Positions 46,845-50,909 of a stretch of 50,909 nt of DNA are shown one piece after another. Source of the stretch: an uncultured Gammaproteobacteria bacterium (GTDB taxonomy: Bacteria > Patescibacteriota > Microgenomatia > UBA8517); the NCBI GenBank assembly GCA_964489145.1, contig CAZAXL010000001.1:1-50909 (forward strand), written 5' to 3'. Positions within the stretch are counted from its first letter, which is position 1, and every line of letters starts with the position of its first letter. The notes below the pieces were generated by a model. It was not told the DNA's origin, did not search any database, and was given only the letters and a program-made list of their open reading frames with translations. The translations under genes were made by a program, and so were the position numbers.

Positions 46845-47727
46845 TGGTTAATTTGTCCCAAGTCTGCTTTTTTGCCCAAATCTTAACGTCTTTCCTTCCA
46901 AACGGCGACATTTTCCAATAGTCTTCTTTTACTTTATTGTTCCAAAATAATTTTAACTCACAATTTGCAGCCAATGCCTCCAGTGCTGCTAAATAGCCAC
47001 CAGGAACACAGTACTTGGCTCTTTTGTAAAAAGGAATGGGATCCACAAAACCGTGAACAATACCATAGTTTTCGCATACTTTTCTAAATTTTCCATCTCC
47101 GCAAAAGTCTACCTTATAGCCATGGTGCACATTTAACCAGTCTATAAATTTAAGTAGTCCCGTATTTTCCTCAAGTCTCCCTACATAAACAATTTTCTTA
47201 TTATCTTTAGCTAGTCTTAGATTCAATTTGCTGGCGGCGCCATAAATAATCAAGCTAAAATCAATGTTCAAATATTTCTCCAAAAACTTTCCTACTCCAA
47301 CCGAGCCGGTAGATAATTTTACCGCCAGACGTTTCTGCCAAAGAGATATTTTGGATAAGGGATTATCCCATTCAAATCCGTGAACTGTAATGAACACTTT
47401 TTTATGAGGATAAAGAATACGAAAAGGCAAATACCAAATAAAAACATCATGACAATGGACTATGTCTACATTTTTAATAAGTTTGCGGTTTTTGAAAGAC
47501 CATAACCAAATAGACATAAGCCCAATGTACTTAACTTTAGGGTATGGTAATCTAATGATCTTTATACTCTCAATCTCTTCAGTTTTCTTTAATTTTTTAT
47601 TGTATTTTTCTGTAATAACCGTTACGTCATTACCCTTTTTAATCAAGCTTTTACTTATTTCTAAAACGTGCTTCTCCACCCCGCCCACATGGGGATAAAA
47701 AAGTCGGGCGATAAATAGTATTTTCAT
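46813..47727 (-). CDS. GT4 glycosyltransferase
   Basis: GGVEKH, HCHD, TVHG, YVGRL, LEALA. Confidence 0.85.
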   Translation of the reverse strand: MKILFIARLFYPHVGGVEKHVLEISKSLIKKGNDVTVITEKYNKKLKKTEEIESIKIIRLPYPKVKYIGLMSIWLWSFKNRKLIKNVDIVHCHDVFIWYLPFRILYPHKKVFITVHGFEWDNPLSKISLWQKRLAVKLSTGSVGVGKFLEKYLNIDFSLIIYGAASKLNLRLAKDNKKIVYVGRLEENTGLLKFIDWLNVHHGYKVDFCGDGKFRKVCENYGIVHGFVDPIPFYKRAKYCVPGGYLAALEALAANCELKLFWNNKVKEDYWKMSPFGRKDVKIWAKKQTWDKLTNEYLDLYNSI

Positions 47728-48476
47728 TTTCGAGCAAACACAATCATTAAATTGGGTTTTTTCATCTCAAATGGTAGTAATCGTAAAAAAAAGGACTTCA
47801 ACCAATAGTTATTTTGAAACGCATAAAGGTAGGATTCTTTTATGATCTTAAATCCAAATAATTTCAATTCTGCTTTTAATATTGCTGGCGTATAATTCCG
47901 CATGTGTGAATTTGGATTTTTACCATGTTTAATCATCTCCTCCAGCCCTTCATTTAAAGGAATCGAAACAACTAAAATTCCGTTTTTTTTCATAACCCGA
48001 ACTATTTCCCCATAGGCCTTTAGAGTTTTATCTGTTTGAATATGTTCGATTACATCCAAAATTAAAACAATGTCAAAAAATGAAGACTTGTAGGGTATTT
48101 TGAAAATTCCAGCAACCCTATATTCTCCTCTCAATGTTTTTTGTGCTTTATCAACTGCCACCTCTGAAATGTCTATTCCAAAAAGTGACAATTTTAAACA
48201 CCCAGTGAGTTTTTTTTCTAAATATCCCAACCCAAAACCAACATCTAGCAACTTTCCATTCTTTGTTTTTAAGAAATTCGAGATTATGCAAATTTTATCC
48301 TTATAAATGGGACTTCTTGTCAAATCTTTTTGGTCTTTTTTTGTCTTTGTGTTCCAAAATGAAGTAGAATTTAGATTCTTCAACTCTTCTTTAAATTCAT
48401 AAGTTTTTTTAAACCTCCTCAAGTTACCAAAAATCGCAAGTTCATGTCGCAATTTCTCTGCTTCAAAAAGTTTCAT
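47724..48476 (-). CDS. Class I SAM-dependent methyltransferase
   Basis: LLDVGFGLG, GIDIS, FDIV...DVIEH. Confidence 0.88.
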   Translation of the reverse strand: MKLFEAEKLRHELAIFGNLRRFKKTYEFKEELKNLNSTSFWNTKTKKDQKDLTRSPIYKDKICIISNFLKTKNGKLLDVGFGLGYLEKKLTGCLKLSLFGIDISEVAVDKAQKTLRGEYRVAGIFKIPYKSSFFDIVLILDVIEHIQTDKTLKAYGEIVRVMKKNGILVVSIPLNEGLEEMIKHGKNPNSHMRNYTPAILKAELKLFGFKIIKESYLYAFQNNYWLKSFFLRLLPFEMKKPNLMIVFARK

Positions 48477-48534
48477 ATGGGAAGTTTATCAATTTCCTAC
48501 TTGACAAACAATCATATAAATTATTAAGTAAATT

Positions 48535-50433
48535 GTGGACAAAATATTCTCCACTTCGAAACTCTTTATATCTGTAATTATCTTATTCTTGTCTTTTACA
48601 AAAACAGTTACAGCTCAATCTATTCTTTTTCAAGACAATTTCGAACAAGACAGTGGTTTACAATGGAATATAGTTTCCGGAAACTGGGCAAGACAATATG
48701 TTCAAAACAGCTATCGGTATGGCATGATTCTTAATACAGGATCTACCATAACAGAGTCACAAGCTGGTAGCTTCAACTGGACAAATTATGAATTTTCATT
48801 CGACATGTTACCTGTATCCGGAGCTGATAGGAATGTTTTCTTCAGGGTTAATAATCAAAAATCAACTTGTTGCTCATGGTATGACTACTCGGTTAGCTAT
48901 GGGCTACACATGTATCCAAACCATTTGTGGTTAGAGAAAAGGACAGCAACAGGCGGTTCTGAACTCATCAGTACATCAATTACTCTCAGCGACAATGAAG
49001 TAACCCACTTTAGAATCAGGTTAGAGGATAATCATATTCAGGTATTTTTGAATAATGAAACAATTCCAGCAGTTAATTATTTCGATAATGAGAATGCCAT
49101 ACTAACAGGGCGAATTGCACTCTCGGTTGGAACCGGGGCTTCTTATCCAACAGAGGTTTGGTTTGATAATGTCAAGGTTATTTCGATCGACCCACCACAG
49201 CCTCCTGTATCAAAAGTTGTTTTTGTTCCGGGTTTTGGGGCCAGCTGGAATGCAGACGCATTCGCCAGCTGCTCTTTTGATAACGATCCGACACGTTGGT
49301 CACTAGCTTCCTACGCCGAAGATGTTTATAACCCTATTCTTACAACCCTATCTGAATCAAACTGGCAAGTTATACCATTTTACTATGACTGGCGACAACA
49401 AATTCCCTCTAACTCGAATACGTTATCAGACAAAATAAATAGTTCCACTGTATCTGATGAAAAAGTTAATATCGTCAGTCACAGTATGGGAGGTCTCGTT
49501 GCATCAGACTATTTGGCCAACCACGATCAAGGAACAAAGACCAATAGTCTTCTCGCGGTTGGTTCCCCTCTGAAAGGTGCCGTCCAGGCATACCCTGCGT
49601 GGGCAGGAGGAGATATCTGGGAAGATAACTTCATATCCAAAGTGGCAACGACACTCTACCTCAAACATTGTGGTCTTTTATTAAGCAACCGAGAAGCAAT
49701 CCATCAATTCGTTCCATCCGTACAAAATTTACTACCAACATTTGATTACCTTAGAGATTCAAAAACAGGTATCCTTAAATCCACACCTTCACTTCTGTCG
49801 CAAAATCGATGGCTACCATTAATTTTTGTGAATGATTTTTGGGGAGTAAAATTCGGAACACTTACCGGAAACGGCCAAGATACGCTTTCGGAAATATTAA
49901 CAAAGGGTAAAACCAAAAAAGATTTATTGGCAAATTGGTCAGACGGAAAACCCCAGGAAAAAATTTATTCCAATGAAGGGGATGGTACTGTACTACTTGA
50001 AAGTAGCAAGTTTGATGACGAACATAATACAACAATCGCACAAACACATTCCGGCCTCGTAAATTCAGCTGATGGCATGGCCGAAATCCTAAAGTTTCTT
50101 GAAACCCCATTGTCAGATATCGGCAGCTCCGCCTCAGCAGATCCACAGTCAGCATTGGTTATTATCAGCTATCCTTCGAATCTTTTGGTAACAGATCAAG
50201 ATGGCAACACGAAGAAAGATAAAGACGGCATGGTAGCCTTTACAAATCCAAAATCCGGATCATACAAGTTGAAACTTTTACCAAAATCAAACAATTCACT
50301 TTTAATCGTAGCCCAATTTTTACCAAATGGGGATGTAAAATATAAAGAATACAATTTCAAGGGTTTTGGGCCAAAATTCAAGACACTCAAATTTGATCTC
50401 CAAAATCCACAGGAAGATATTTTAATCCCGTAA
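48535..50433 (+). CDS. Secreted protein: ConA/lectin-like domain plus alpha/beta hydrolase (PGAP1/LCAT-like lipase)
   Basis: Signal peptide; FQDNFE..W...GNW beta-sandwich; VFVPGFGAS, SHSMGG nucleophile elbow, GDGTV, TH. Confidence 0.8.
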   Translation: MDKIFSTSKLFISVIILFLSFTKTVTAQSILFQDNFEQDSGLQWNIVSGNWARQYVQNSYRYGMILNTGSTITESQAGSFNWTNYEFSFDMLPVSGADRNVFFRVNNQKSTCCSWYDYSVSYGLHMYPNHLWLEKRTATGGSELISTSITLSDNEVTHFRIRLEDNHIQVFLNNETIPAVNYFDNENAILTGRIALSVGTGASYPTEVWFDNVKVISIDPPQPPVSKVVFVPGFGASWNADAFASCSFDNDPTRWSLASYAEDVYNPILTTLSESNWQVIPFYYDWRQQIPSNSNTLSDKINSSTVSDEKVNIVSHSMGGLVASDYLANHDQGTKTNSLLAVGSPLKGAVQAYPAWAGGDIWEDNFISKVATTLYLKHCGLLLSNREAIHQFVPSVQNLLPTFDYLRDSKTGILKSTPSLLSQNRWLPLIFVNDFWGVKFGTLTGNGQDTLSEILTKGKTKKDLLANWSDGKPQEKIYSNEGDGTVLLESSKFDDEHNTTIAQTHSGLVNSADGMAEILKFLETPLSDIGSSASADPQSALVIISYPSNLLVTDQDGNTKKDKDGMVAFTNPKSGSYKLKLLPKSNNSLLIVAQFLPNGDVKYKEYNFKGFGPKFKTLKFDLQNPQEDILIP

Positions 50434-50448
50434 GGTCTCTCCCTACGG
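50428..50448 (-). repeat. REP-like hairpin immediately upstream of the HUH transposase
   Basis: Minus strand CCGTAGGG-AGAGA-CCTTACGG (8-bp stem containing GTAG). Confidence 0.55.
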
Positions 50449-50454
50449 AATCAA

Positions 50455-50909
50455 ATGCCAGCAAAAAACTCTATTAAAAGATATGTTCAAAACGGGTACT
50501 ACCACATATACAATAGGGGCGTAGAAAAAAGACTAATTTTTCAAGATGAACAGGATTATGGCGTTTTTCTATCTTATCTTAAGGAATATCTTCTTCCTAA
50601 GGATATTTATTCACTTCAAGAACGTCTATCATCATCAATAAATTGGTGCGAAAAAGACAAAATATTAAACACTATTCACCGTAATAACTTTTCTGAAAAT
50701 ATTCAACTACTTGTCTACTGTCTTATGCCTAATCATTTCCATATGCTTATTAAACAGTCCGAGCCAAATTCCATAGATTCATTTATTAGCTCTCTATGTA
50801 CAAGATACGTCATGTATTTTAATAAAAAGTATAAAAGAGTTGGCTCATTATTTCAGGGTGTATATAAAGCAGTTTTAGTAGAATCAGATGAACAACTTCT
50901 ATGTCTTTC
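50455..50909 (+). mobile_element. REP-associated tyrosine (HUH/Y1, RAYT-like) transposase, truncated by the window end; absent from the ORF track
   Basis: Hand translation: MPAKNSIKRYVQNGYYHIYNRGVEKRLIFQDEQDY...YCLMPNHFHMLIKQ...YFNKKYKRVGSLFQGVYKAVLVESDEQLL. Confidence 0.9.

Noticed and set aside
288-50390. The many 60-160-aa ORFs nested in or antisense to long genes
   Set aside because: They lie wholly within well-supported genes, with no motifs or independent start signals.
1-50909. CRISPR array, rRNA, or UGA recoding (code 25)
   Set aside because: I saw no regularly spaced 25-45-nt repeats and no rRNA motifs; conserved genes are full length in code 11 and some end at TGA.

Overview
This is a chromosomal window from a small-genome bacterium of the Patescibacteria/CPR type, most likely Microgenomates (inferred from gene content and protein style, not from a database search), using genetic code 11. 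In order, it holds: tRNA-His preceded by a zinc-finger HNH gene; DsbA, a peptide ABC solute-binding protein and secG; a uvrC-transglutaminase-uvrA-uvrB block divergent from lexA; a glycolysis block (gpmI, eno, ppsA, pgi/pmi, pmm/pgm); holA, ruvC, yraN, rplS and dnaE; a GGDEF gene; gatB-MFS-gatA-gatC; htpX, lemA and polX; three more tRNAs; a surface-glycan cluster (ligase, glycosyltransferases, flippase, C-methyltransferase, RmlD-like and FnlA/CapE-like enzymes); a secreted lectin-lipase; and a RAYT-type HUH transposase cut by the window end. The ORF track misses several features. (1) A tRNA-Asp(GUC) gene is split inside its anticodon (U35/C36) by a 190-nt group I intron, with P1, P10 and the catalytic core readable by eye. 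(2) An 81-codon gene overlapping ruvC apparently starts at CTG. (3) Two 11-bp-period direct repeats lie in the uvrB-lexA spacer (candidate SOS boxes). (4) Many genes have a leaderless-type -10 box 6-10 nt before the start codon. (5) There are GTAG REP-like elements and two unexplained long hairpins. All calls were made by eye from motifs; no search, alignment or folding program was run.
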